From assembly GCA_947165505.1 (NCBI GenBank), contig CAMVAT010000017.1, positions 7,253 through 71,252 of the forward strand: a DNA stretch of 64,000 nucleotides, in the 5' to 3' direction. The notes below the pieces were generated by a model that saw only the letters and a program-made list of their open reading frames with translations, was not told the DNA's origin and did not search any database. The position numbers were made by a program, and so were the translations under genes. Positions 27,987 through 35,919 of the stretch are shown here, in pieces. The DNA comes from an uncultured Prevotellaceae bacterium (GTDB lineage: Bacteria; Bacteroidota; Bacteroidia; Bacteroidales; Bacteroidaceae). Numbering within the stretch: the stretch's first letter is position 1; each line of letters opens with the position of its first letter.

Positions 27987-30900
27987 TTAGAATGATATAT
28001 TAAGTCCGAAGGTATAAACGCGTGGCGAGGGATAACGGCTGTAGTCGAGTCCGTTGAGCAGTGCGTCGCCCTGGTGGCTGCCCACCTCGGGGTCGAAGCC
28101 TTTGTACTTGGTCCAGGTATAGACGTTCTGCAGGTTCATATACACCTTCACGTTTTGCAGGTAGAGCTTAGAGATCCATTTCTTAGGCAGCGTGTAGCTG
28201 AGCGAGATGTTCTGCAGGCGGATGAACGAGCCGTCTTCGATGTAGGCGTCGCTCACACGGTTGTTCTTATTGGCATACGAGTCGGTGTAGAGACGCGGCA
28301 TGATGGTGCCGGTGTTGGTGACGTGATAGTTGCGGTAGTCGTCGGGACCGTCGGCTACAATCTTCTCCACGTGAGCATAGTCGAGCACGCTGTTGAAGGA
28401 GTTGCTGGTCTGTCCGGTGATCTCCATGAAGCGGCGGGTGTAGTTGAGCAGTTTGTTGCCGTAGCTGCCGCTGAACTGGATGCTCAGCTCGATGCCCTTC
28501 CACGAAAAGCTGTTGCCGAAGCCCCAAGTGAACTTGGGTTCGGGGTTGCCGATGAAGGTCTCGTCGTTGGTGTCGATGACGCCGTCGCCGTTGATATCCT
28601 CGAAGATATAGTCGCCGAGCCATGCGCCGTTCTCGCCGATGCTCACGCCCTGGGGCAGTGCCACGGGCTTGACGGCTCCGCTGGCATCTTTATAGTAGAA
28701 GTCTTCGGGTTTGTCGAAGCGGCCGATGACCTTGTAGCCCCAGAACTGCGCGATGGGCTTGCCCACCACGGTCATGGTGGCGTTGGCGGTCTCTGAGCCT
28801 ACCTGCTTCGAGCGGGGCAGTGTGCCGGTGGCGGTGTCGAGCTCGGTCACCTTGTTGCGGTTGAGCGAGAAGACGATGTTAGAGCGCCACTGGAATCCTT
28901 TCTTGTCGATATTCACGGTGTTGAGGGTCAGTTCCAGACCTTTGTTCTCCAGGCTGCCCACGTTGGCCCAGGGGTTGGCGGCCACACCGTAGTTGCTGCC
29001 GGCGCCCGAACCGAGGAAGGCGGGCAGGTCGGCTCTGAGCAGCAGGTCTTTGGTCTTCTTATAGTACCAGTCGGCAATCAGCTCGATGCGGTTGTTGAAG
29101 AGGGCGATGTCGAGTCCGATGTTAGTGCTGTAGGTGGTCTCCCACTTCAGTTTCTCGTTGGCGTTGTTGGCGTTGAGCACACCGGTGCCCCACGGAGTGG
29201 CGTAGGTGTTGAGGGTGGCCAGATAGGCCCAGTTCTCTACGTTCTGGTTACCGGTGGTTCCCCATCCGAAGCGCAACTTGAGGTTGTTGACGGTGTCGGC
29301 CAGGGGCGAGAAGAATTTCTCGTTGTTGATGCGCCATGCGAGGGCTGCCGAGGGGAACCAGCCCCAGTTGCGGTCATCTACCTGTGCGAACTTCGACGAA
29401 CCGTCGCGGCGCAGGGTGAAGGTGACCAGATAGCGCTCGTCGAAGTTGTAGAAGGCGCGTCCGAAGTAAGAGAAGAGAGCCGAGGGCACGTTATACTCAT
29501 CGGCCTTGGTGGTGGTGGGGTCAGCGGCACGCAGGTCTTTGGCCACGTTCGAGAGGTAGCCCTGTCCGGAGCCTCGCATATACGACCACTCGTTGTGGCT
29601 CATCTCCTGACCGAGCATCACATTGATGGTGTGTTTGTCGGCAAAGGTGTTCTGATAGGTGAGGATATTGCGCCACGACCAGTATTTCGAGGTCTGCTGG
29701 GTCTTGGTACCCTCGCGCGAGTCGTTGGTCTTCAAGCCGAAGGTGTAGTCAGGGGTATAGGTGAAATACTTCGACTGGTTGAAGTCGGCCGAGAGCTCGG
29801 TCTTGAAGGTGAGCCCTTTGATAATCTCTGCCTCGAGATAGGTATTGACGCGGAAGTTGAGCTTCTTGTTGTAGTTGTCTTTGATGCTGGCCAGTGCCAC
29901 GGGGTTGTCGGGCATCCACTGGTCGTCGGGACCGTCGAACGAGCCGTCGGGGCTCTTCACGGCCACGGTGGGCTGCGAGCGCAGGGCGGTCATGATGATG
30001 TCCCAGTTTTTCTCCACTTCCTGCCGTGAGTTGGTGAGCGAGAAGCTGACGCCTCCGCGCAGCCATTTCTTCAGCTGTGTGTCGAGGTTGCCTCTGAGGG
30101 TCTGGCGGCGGTAGCCGGTCTGAATGGCGATACCGTCCTGGTCCAGGTAGCCGGCGCTGATGGCGTAGGTGGTCTTCTCGTTGCCGCCGGTGATGGAGAG
30201 GTTGTGGCTGGTCATCATGGCGTTGCGGAAGAGCTCGTCCTGCCAGTCGGTACCGTTGCCCATCAGGTCGGCGCGGATATAGGTGCTGCTGGCCTCCTTG
30301 ATGTGGGCGTCGGTGATGTCGTTGTAGTGCTGGGCATACTCTTGCAGGTTGAGCACGTCGAGCTTCTTGGGCATCGACTGCCAGCCCACGTATCCGTCGT
30401 AGGTGATGGTGGCCTCGCCGGCCTTACCGCGCTTGGTGGTGATCATGATGACACCGTTCGACGCGCGCGAACCATAAATAGCTGTGGCCGAGGCGTCTTT
30501 GAGAATGTCCATCGTGACGATGTCACTGGGGTTGATGGCGGCCAGGGGGTTGGAGTTACCATTGTCGTCGCCGTTGGCGGGGTCGATGATGACTCCGTCG
30601 ATGACGAAGATAGGCTGCGAACTGGCGTTGAGCGAGTTAGTACCACGGATGCGGATGCTGGCCGAGCCGCCCGGCGTACCGGTGTTGGCCTGTATCTGCA
30701 CACCGGCGGCACGACCCTGCAGCACCTGGTCGATACTGGTGGGCACCGACTTCTCGATGGCCTTGTCGCCCACCGACACCACGGCGCCGGTCAGGTCCGA
30801 CCGCTTCATCTGTCCGTAACCTACGACGACGACCTCGTTGAGCACGGTCTCGTCGCTGGCCAGTTCGACGTTGATTACACTCTGGCTGACGGTCACCTCT

Positions 30901-31151
30901 TTGGTCTGAAATCCGATGTAAGAGATTTCCAATACTTCGCCACGCTTCACCTTCAAGGTAAAGTTACCGTCAATGTCGGTAACCGTACCTTGAGATGAAC
31001 CTTTCACTTTGACGGTCGCTCCAATGGCTGGTTCGCCGTCGGCACTTACTGTACCCTGTACGTTGATGTCCTGAGCGAATGTCCCTAACGGAAACAGACA
31101 CAGCAGTAGCAGCAATCCAAGGGTTTTCATCATTTTACTTGTGCGTTTCAT
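27987..31151 (-). CDS. SusC/RagA-family TonB-dependent transporter (xylan PUL)
   Basis: Signal peptide ...GTFA-QD, a carboxypeptidase-regulatory-like domain (VQGTVSADGEPAIGATVKVKGSSQGTVTDIDGNF), a TonB-box/plug (VVVGYGQMKRSDLTGAV) and the terminal ...YTFGLNISF. I chose the start MKRTSKMMK at 31151. Confidence 0.9.
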   Translation of the reverse strand: MKRTSKMMKTLGLLLLLCLFPLGTFAQDINVQGTVSADGEPAIGATVKVKGSSQGTVTDIDGNFTLKVKRGEVLEISYIGFQTKEVTVSQSVINVELASDETVLNEVVVVGYGQMKRSDLTGAVVSVGDKAIEKSVPTSIDQVLQGRAAGVQIQANTGTPGGSASIRIRGTNSLNASSQPIFVIDGVIIDPANGDDNGNSNPLAAINPSDIVTMDILKDASATAIYGSRASNGVIMITTKRGKAGEATITYDGYVGWQSMPKKLDVLNLQEYAQHYNDITDAHIKEASSTYIRADLMGNGTDWQDELFRNAMMTSHNLSITGGNEKTTYAISAGYLDQDGIAIQTGYRRQTLRGNLDTQLKKWLRGGVSFSLTNSRQEVEKNWDIIMTALRSQPTVAVKSPDGSFDGPDDQWMPDNPVALASIKDNYNKKLNFRVNTYLEAEIIKGLTFKTELSADFNQSKYFTYTPDYTFGLKTNDSREGTKTQQTSKYWSWRNILTYQNTFADKHTINVMLGQEMSHNEWSYMRGSGQGYLSNVAKDLRAADPTTTKADEYNVPSALFSYFGRAFYNFDERYLVTFTLRRDGSSKFAQVDDRNWGWFPSAALAWRINNEKFFSPLADTVNNLKLRFGWGTTGNQNVENWAYLATLNTYATPWGTGVLNANNANEKLKWETTYSTNIGLDIALFNNRIELIADWYYKKTKDLLLRADLPAFLGSGAGSNYGVAANPWANVGSLENKGLELTLNTVNIDKKGFQWRSNIVFSLNRNKVTELDTATGTLPRSKQVGSETANATMTVVGKPIAQFWGYKVIGRFDKPEDFYYKDASGAVKPVALPQGVSIGENGAWLGDYIFEDINGDGVIDTNDETFIGNPEPKFTWGFGNSFSWKGIELSIQFSGSYGNKLLNYTRRFMEITGQTSNSFNSVLDYAHVEKIVADGPDDYRNYHVTNTGTIMPRLYTDSYANKNNRVSDAYIEDGSFIRLQNISLSYTLPKKWISKLYLQNVKVYMNLQNVYTWTKYKGFDPEVGSHQGDALLNGLDYSRYPSPRVYTFGLNISF

Positions 31152-31324
31152 GAAAACTACTTTTATTGTTAGAAAAATTACAGTCTGACAGATAGGCGGC
31201 AGCCGCCACGACCTCGACAGGCCTGTGCTTCGCCACGCAGGTGTATTATCTGCTGAAATAAAAAGAGTTTCGCAACTCGGTTTCTGTTTTAGGTTTTTAT
31301 TTGTGCTTTTAAAAAACTCCGCTG

Positions 31325-31332
31325 CAAAGTTA
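31325..31332 (-). promoter_or_regulatory. -7 box TAACTTTG upstream of the xylan SusC
   Basis: Complement of CAAAGTTA, about 175 nt upstream of the ATG at 31151. Confidence 0.35.
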
Positions 31333-31725
31333 CGCAAACGTTTTCGGTCGCTATTTCACAATCGTTGCATCTATGTTTCAAATTGTTTCATCCCTTGCGG
31401 GATTGTAAGGAAAAAGGGGATTTTTCGTGCAGTTTATGCTTTTTTGTGTACTAAAATTGAACGTTTCATTCAGTTTTGGTGCAAATATACGTTAATTTTT
31501 ACACACAACAAAAAAACAATCACTTTTTTTTGATTCCATTTTCGTCGGGAGCCGAGGGTTTATATACGATCTTTACGGCTGGTCAATAGGTAAAACCAAA
31601 CAACCATAAAGGAATACGATTGCATTGCAAAGATAAATATTTATATTTGCAACTACATAAAAAATGATATTTTTATAGTTGAAACTATAAAATTTTTATT
31701 GTTTTTGTATTTACAACTATAAAAA

Positions 31726-33075
31726 TTATCTATTATTCGTGATGCTCCGGCCGGCACACACCAGCAGCACCCTGCTGCCGTCGGCGCGGGTGGTGGCGAA
31801 GAGGTAATGGCTGCCGCCGTCGGCCAGACGCAGGCGGCGGCGCAGGTCGGCCACCGACAGGGGGAAATTCCTGACGGTGATATTGGCGCGCTCGATGCCA
31901 CAGAGGGCGTCGCGCAGGTCGCGCTTGTTGAGCGTGCTCTCACGGTCGATGCGAAACTGCCGCCCGGGGAAGTCGGCCACCGGCGCATCACTCACCAAGA
32001 GATGGCTGTTGGCGGCGATGGCCCGCAGACCGTAGCGCCGGCATACCTCGCCAAAGCACCCGGCTTTCATCAATGCCGCATTCGGCTCACAGAGCCAGCG
32101 GCCATCAAGCCGCTCACCTCCCTCTACGATGGGCACGGCTATCCCCTGTCCCTGATCCGGACAGTAGGTAAACACCTGTTCGTCGTTGACACAATCTATC
32201 TTCAGGTGAGAGCATTGTCCGTGTGGCTGCCCCTCTTGAGCGTCCTCCTCTTTGTCAGTTGATAGTGGAGATACGATTACGAGAAGCTCCTTGCACTCAT
32301 TGCCCGTGGCCACGATATGCACCTCGCGTACCACATCGGCCCCCGCGGCAAGATTCAGCTCTGCCACCACCTGGTGCCAGTCGAGCATGGGCGAGAGCTT
32401 CAGCATGACACAAGCGGCACGCTGCAACAACAGTGGCATCAGCCGGCACACATCGGGTGTGCAGTCGGCGATGGCGTAGGTGCGCTGCCCATGCTCGTCG
32501 CGCCGCGCCGGGTCGGCATAGATGAGCGAGGCGTAGGGCAACGTGGGCAACAACTCGGCAGAGTCGCCACAGAGCACTTCGGTCTGCCGCAATCGCAGCA
32601 GGGCGAAGTTGTGCCGTGCGATGTCACAGAGCTCTGACTGCCTCTCTATATAAAAGGTACGCGCGAAGTGCGTGGCCAGGGCGGCATGGTCGATGCCGAA
32701 ACCGCCCGTCAGGTCTATCAGTATCTTTTCAGCCTCGTGGGCTGCCTCGCCGTCAGCAACACCAGGGTGCGCCATCCATCTGCGGACCAGTTCGGCTTTA
32801 TAACGTGCGGTCTGCTCAGACGAGCATTGCTCCATGGCCAACTGCGGAGGGTAGATAATGCCCTCGACAGCGGTCCAGGAGGGCAGTTTGGTGCGTGCCT
32901 TCTGCCATCCGGCTATCTGCTCCACCACCCACCGGCGGTCGATACCAGGCTGCTTGGCGGCCTTCAGCGCCACCTCGCGCACATCCTCCTCACGATGGGC
33001 AAGGATGAAAAGCGTTGAGTGTTGAGTGTTGAGTGTTGAGTGTTCGCTTCGCGATGAAAAATTGAGAATTGCCAA
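31726..33075 (-). CDS. class I SAM-dependent methyltransferase with a THUMP-like C-terminal domain
   Basis: LIDLTGGFGIDHAALA (motif I) and LIYADPARRDEHG (motif IV-like). The first ~22 codons (MAILNFSSRSEHSTLNTQHSTL) are encoded by AATTGCC and CACTCAA tandem repeats, so the true start is uncertain. Confidence 0.7.
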   Translation of the reverse strand: MAILNFSSRSEHSTLNTQHSTLFILAHREEDVREVALKAAKQPGIDRRWVVEQIAGWQKARTKLPSWTAVEGIIYPPQLAMEQCSSEQTARYKAELVRRWMAHPGVADGEAAHEAEKILIDLTGGFGIDHAALATHFARTFYIERQSELCDIARHNFALLRLRQTEVLCGDSAELLPTLPYASLIYADPARRDEHGQRTYAIADCTPDVCRLMPLLLQRAACVMLKLSPMLDWHQVVAELNLAAGADVVREVHIVATGNECKELLVIVSPLSTDKEEDAQEGQPHGQCSHLKIDCVNDEQVFTYCPDQGQGIAVPIVEGGERLDGRWLCEPNAALMKAGCFGEVCRRYGLRAIAANSHLLVSDAPVADFPGRQFRIDRESTLNKRDLRDALCGIERANITVRNFPLSVADLRRRLRLADGGSHYLFATTRADGSRVLLVCAGRSITNNR

Positions 33076-33145
33076 TTGCCAATTTAGAGGTTAGAGGTTA
33101 GAGGTATGAGGTAAGAGACGAGTTGTTGAACGACAGTGAAAAATA
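33014..33145. repeat. stack of tandem heptads (GTTGAGT x4, AATTGCC x2.5, TAGAGGT x4) plus a 33-nt unique arm; left copy of a 61-bp inverted repeat
   Basis: Read directly. 33085-33145 matches the reverse complement of 34301-34361 at 57 of 61 positions. Confidence 0.95.
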
Positions 33146-33184
33146 ACTTCGTTGCAGAGAAAGATAAATCGAGAATCAATCAAC

Positions 33185-33216
33185 AAGTAGGGACAGGGCA
33201 CGCCCTGTCCCTACTT
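33185..33216. repeat. palindrome AAGTAGGGACAGGGCACGCCCTGTCCCTACTT (REP-like hairpin)
   Basis: Near-perfect 32-nt palindrome. Related copies lie at 34231-34256, 57716-57741 and 57773-57798, with half copies at 41596-41613 and 58353-58366. Confidence 0.95.
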
Positions 33217-33255
33217 ACGTGGCGAGGCTTTATAACTGCGCCCCAACAGTAATCA

Positions 33256-33290
33256 CAAAGCTCAAAGTTCAAAGCTCAAAGTTCAAAGTC
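33256..33290. repeat. tandem heptads CAAAG(C/T)T x5, abutting the lemA stop codon
   Basis: CAAAGCTCAAAGTTCAAAGCTCAAAGTTCAAAGTC, read directly. Confidence 0.95.
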
Positions 33291-33292
33291 CC

Positions 33293-33880
33293 TTAGAACT
33301 TCACCTGCGGTGCTTTCTGTGCGCCCTCTTCTGCTTGGAACGACTCGGTTTTTTCAAATCCGAACATACCCGCCAGCAGGTTGGTGGGGAACGAGCGCAC
33401 CGACTTGTTGTACTCTGCTACAGTACTGTTGAAAGCGTTGCGCGCCTCGTTGATGCGGTTCTCGGTACCCTCCAACTGGTGTTGCAGGTCGAGGAAGTTC
33501 TGGTTAGCTTTCAGGTCAGGATAGCTCTCACCCACAGCAATGAGTTTACCCAGTGCGCCACCCAGTTCGCTCTGTGCCTGCTGGAAGGCCTTGATCTGCT
33601 CGGGAGTGGCATTGGCCAGATCCACCTGTGTCTGCATGGCTTTGGCACGAGCCTCAACCACCGACTTCAATGTTTCCTCCTCGTGTTTGGCATAGCCTTT
33701 CACCGTCTCCACCAGATTAGGCACCAGGTCGGCCCTGCGCTGATAGGCCGACTGCACATTGGCTGAGGCCTTCTCCACCTCTGTCTGTTTGCTCACCAAT
33801 CCGTTGTACGAACTAAATCCCCAAATGGCTGCTACCGCCACGATTGCGATCAGCACCATCAATGATTTACTGATTTTCAT
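33293..33880 (-). CDS. lemA: LemA family protein
   Basis: An N-terminal TM helix followed by GLVSKQTEVEKASANVQSAYQRRADLVPNLVETVKGYAKHEEETL, the LemA signature. Confidence 0.9.
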   Translation of the reverse strand: MKISKSLMVLIAIVAVAAIWGFSSYNGLVSKQTEVEKASANVQSAYQRRADLVPNLVETVKGYAKHEEETLKSVVEARAKAMQTQVDLANATPEQIKAFQQAQSELGGALGKLIAVGESYPDLKANQNFLDLQHQLEGTENRINEARNAFNSTVAEYNKSVRSFPTNLLAGMFGFEKTESFQAEEGAQKAPQVKF

Positions 33881-33916
33881 AATGATATTTATTTAATTAG
33901 TATATGATTTTCAGTT

Positions 33917-34361
33917 CACAATGCACAATGCACAATGCTTCCGTTCGGGTGGAACCAGCGGTCGGCGGCCGAAGGGAAAGCCAATTGCAATCCACCCGCA
34001 GAGAGCAGATGGATTTGCAATCCATCCACTATTATTCTTTCCCCACCCAACCCTCCCATGGGAGGGCTTCCAACCTATCCCTAAACCCCTTCCCAATCCC
34101 TAAGAAGGGACTTAACCGCTCCTACCCGTCGCTCGTTCACTAAGGTACTGCTCCCTTTTTCTGCCGGTCGCAGTATTGTTTTAGGCAACAGAGTTGCGAT
34201 TATTTGTGTTCGCTCCGCTCACCGTGCTGCGGACAGGGCACGCCCTGTCCCTACTTGCGTGGAGAGCATATCTCCTGCCCCCTGCCCCTCGCCCCAAAGC
34301 TATTTTTCACTGTCGCTCAACAACTCGTCTCTTACCTCTTACCTCTTACCTCTTACCTCTA
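33917..34361 (-). repeat. largest composite repeat element; it fills the TPM-lemA spacer
   Basis: Module order in the sense (minus) direction: TACCTCT heptads, unique arm, G-tract, palindrome, the ~190-nt element also present at 5184-5352, GGATTTGCAATCC, the GGTGGAACC...TCCACC hairpin (also at 41649-41697), and CACAATG x3. Confidence 0.9.
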
Positions 34362-34363
34362 TA

Positions 34364-35194
34364 TTACCAGCTCGACCTGCCTCCTCCGCCACCGAACGAG
34401 CCGCCGCCGAACGAGCCGCCGCTGCTGCCGCCGCCCGACCAGCCACCACCGCTGCCGCCCGACCAGCCGCCACCGCCGCCGCCGACATACACGCTGCTGC
34501 CCTGGCTGTAGATGAGGAAGAGGATGATGATGACCAAGACGATGAAGTCGCCCCAGCCGAAGTCGTCGTCGCCCTCGGTGGTGCCCTGACTGTCGTCGAG
34601 CACGGGGTCTATGCCGGTGCTCAACTTGTCGTAGATCACCTGGCAGGTCTGCAGCACGGCATGGTCGGGGTCGCCCTTGCGCATGTTGCCCGAGATATAG
34701 GTGTCGCCGATGCGCCCGCAGAGCAGGTCGGTCAGGTCGCCCTCCAATCCGCGCCCGGGCGCGATAAACGACTCATGGTCTTCCACGGCGATGACCATCA
34801 CCAGTCCGCGGTTGGTCTCCTTGCGTCCCACGCCATATTTGTTGCCTATATCCTGCGCCATACGGAAGGTGTCGCCGCCCTTCACATGGCTCACGATGAC
34901 GAACACCGACTCTATCTGATAGTTCTTCTCCAGGTTGGCCAGCACCATGTCGGCCGAGTCGCGATACACCTGCTGCATGATGCCCTCAGGGTCGCACACA
35001 TAGCGGGTGCGGTCTTGCAGGTGCACCATCGGCAGATCGTCGGCGGTCCACTCGCGCTGCTGCCAGGTATTTGGGTTGTCCTGGTCATAGACGCGCTCGG
35101 TCTGCGTGGTCGTATCTGTCTGCTCCTCATCGAAGCAGGCGGCATAGATAAAGACCACGGCTATGAATGCGAAGATAATTTTTGCCTTACTCAT
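34364..35194 (-). CDS. TPM-domain (TLP18.3/Psb32/MOLO-1) protein with a Gly-rich C-terminal tail
   Basis: LANLEKNYQIESVFVIVSHVKGGDTFRMAQDIGNKYGVGRKETNRGLVMVIAVEDHESFIAPGRGLEGDLTD is a TPM phosphatase-like domain. A TM helix and GGGGGGWSGGSGGGWSGGGSSGGSFGGGSFGGGGG follow. Upstream partner of lemA. Confidence 0.8.
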   Translation of the reverse strand: MSKAKIIFAFIAVVFIYAACFDEEQTDTTTQTERVYDQDNPNTWQQREWTADDLPMVHLQDRTRYVCDPEGIMQQVYRDSADMVLANLEKNYQIESVFVIVSHVKGGDTFRMAQDIGNKYGVGRKETNRGLVMVIAVEDHESFIAPGRGLEGDLTDLLCGRIGDTYISGNMRKGDPDHAVLQTCQVIYDKLSTGIDPVLDDSQGTTEGDDDFGWGDFIVLVIIILFLIYSQGSSVYVGGGGGGWSGGSGGGWSGGGSSGGSFGGGSFGGGGGRSSW

Positions 35195-35243
35195 ATCGTC
35201 ATGATTACTCCCCTCCTATCTGAGGTGTCGGTATTATGCCTTG

Positions 35244-35251
35244 CAAAGATA
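35244..35251 (-). promoter_or_regulatory. -7 box TATCTTTG for the TPM-lemA unit
   Basis: Complement of CAAAGATA, 50 nt upstream of the ATG at 35194. Confidence 0.45.
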
Positions 35252-35361
35252 ATGTGAAGAATTGGAAAAAACAAAAAATATCCTACAATTTGCACAACTT
35301 CTTTTACAATCAGGGCTAATTGCAGAAGAACCTACCGACATCGCCAGCCCGAATCCTCCCC

Positions 35362-35395
35362 CAAAAAATAAAAAAACACCTCTATGCAAGAGGTG
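35362..35395 (-). terminator. hairpin CACCTCTATGCAAGAGGTG plus a long U-run on the minus strand; also the left arm of an inverted-repeat pair
   Basis: 7-bp stem at 35377-35395, with A14 on the plus strand at 35363-35376. The partner copy at 35544-35562 is in inverted orientation (18 of 19 match). Confidence 0.45.
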
Positions 35396-35420
35396 AAACA
35401 TTCGCACATAAACTGCTGTG

Positions 35421-35428
35421 CAAAGGTA
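35421..35428 (-). promoter_or_regulatory. -7 box TACCTTTG pointing left, located between the inverted hairpin copies
   Basis: Complement of CAAAGGTA. No annotated gene starts within 200 nt downstream of it except via the terminator at 35362-35395. Confidence 0.35.
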
Positions 35429-35689
35429 ACATATTTAATCTTTTCACGACCATTTCTTATTGAAAACTTTAGTTATTTAACACGATTTAACGCTTTACCC
35501 CCCGCAAATAGGGCTTGATGGCTGCTTTTTGGTTGCCCCCTCTCACCTCTTGCATAGAGGTAAACACCCCACGCCGTTCACAGCGATGAACGTATCAAGT
35601 TGTCAATCAACAAGTTATACCAGCCCGTGAGGGTAATTAGTTATTATATATATTATACAACTTTGTAAATATTTATTTTATGTTTTCTG

Positions 35690-35726
35690 AGGCACTAAGT
35701 CGTGAGATTACGAGTGCCTGTTTTTT
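35690..35726 (+). terminator. terminator-like hairpin plus T6 in the leader of the LRR gene
   Basis: AGGCACT...AGTGCCT (7 bp) with an inner CGT/ACG pairing, followed by GTTTTTTA. Confidence 0.4.
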
Positions 35727-35919
35727 ACCTCTTTCTGACCTTTACAAAAACTAACAATAGGCGCCTCCCTGCTAAAACTGCCGGTTCGGGTTCTGTCTCC
35801 GTCAACGCCAACATTGTTAATCTATCAAGCCTGCCCCCATGAGACTACGGAGCACTTGACACACAGCCGAAAAGGCATCCATGCACTGAAAAAAAATAAT
35901 ATCAAATATCAAAATAAGT

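Noticed and set aside
22246-31151. The xylan PUL lacking a second SusC/SusD pair and an adjacent HTCS, considered as an anomaly.
   Set aside because: Gene content (SusC, SusD, SGBP, GH10 with a CBM4_9 insert) matches the conserved Xus core. The regulator and extra pairs may lie elsewhere, and absence from one window is not evidence of loss.
33085-34361. Interpreting the inverted repeats around lemA as a transposon carrying lemA.
   Set aside because: There is no transposase and no target-site duplication that I can see. Other modules inside are in direct orientation, so mosaic repeat placement explains the pattern. I kept it only as a possible inversion substrate.
34194-35257. ORFs 34194..34511, 34204..34515 and 34259..35257 (Pro/Ala-rich). 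Similar ORFs lie at 5006..5290, 33904..34143, 41571..41807, 57514..57769 and 57697..58335.
   Set aside because: They are translations of the repeat modules (the same peptides recur wherever the repeat recurs) or the antisense strand of the Gly-rich TPM tail. No start context or domain supports them.
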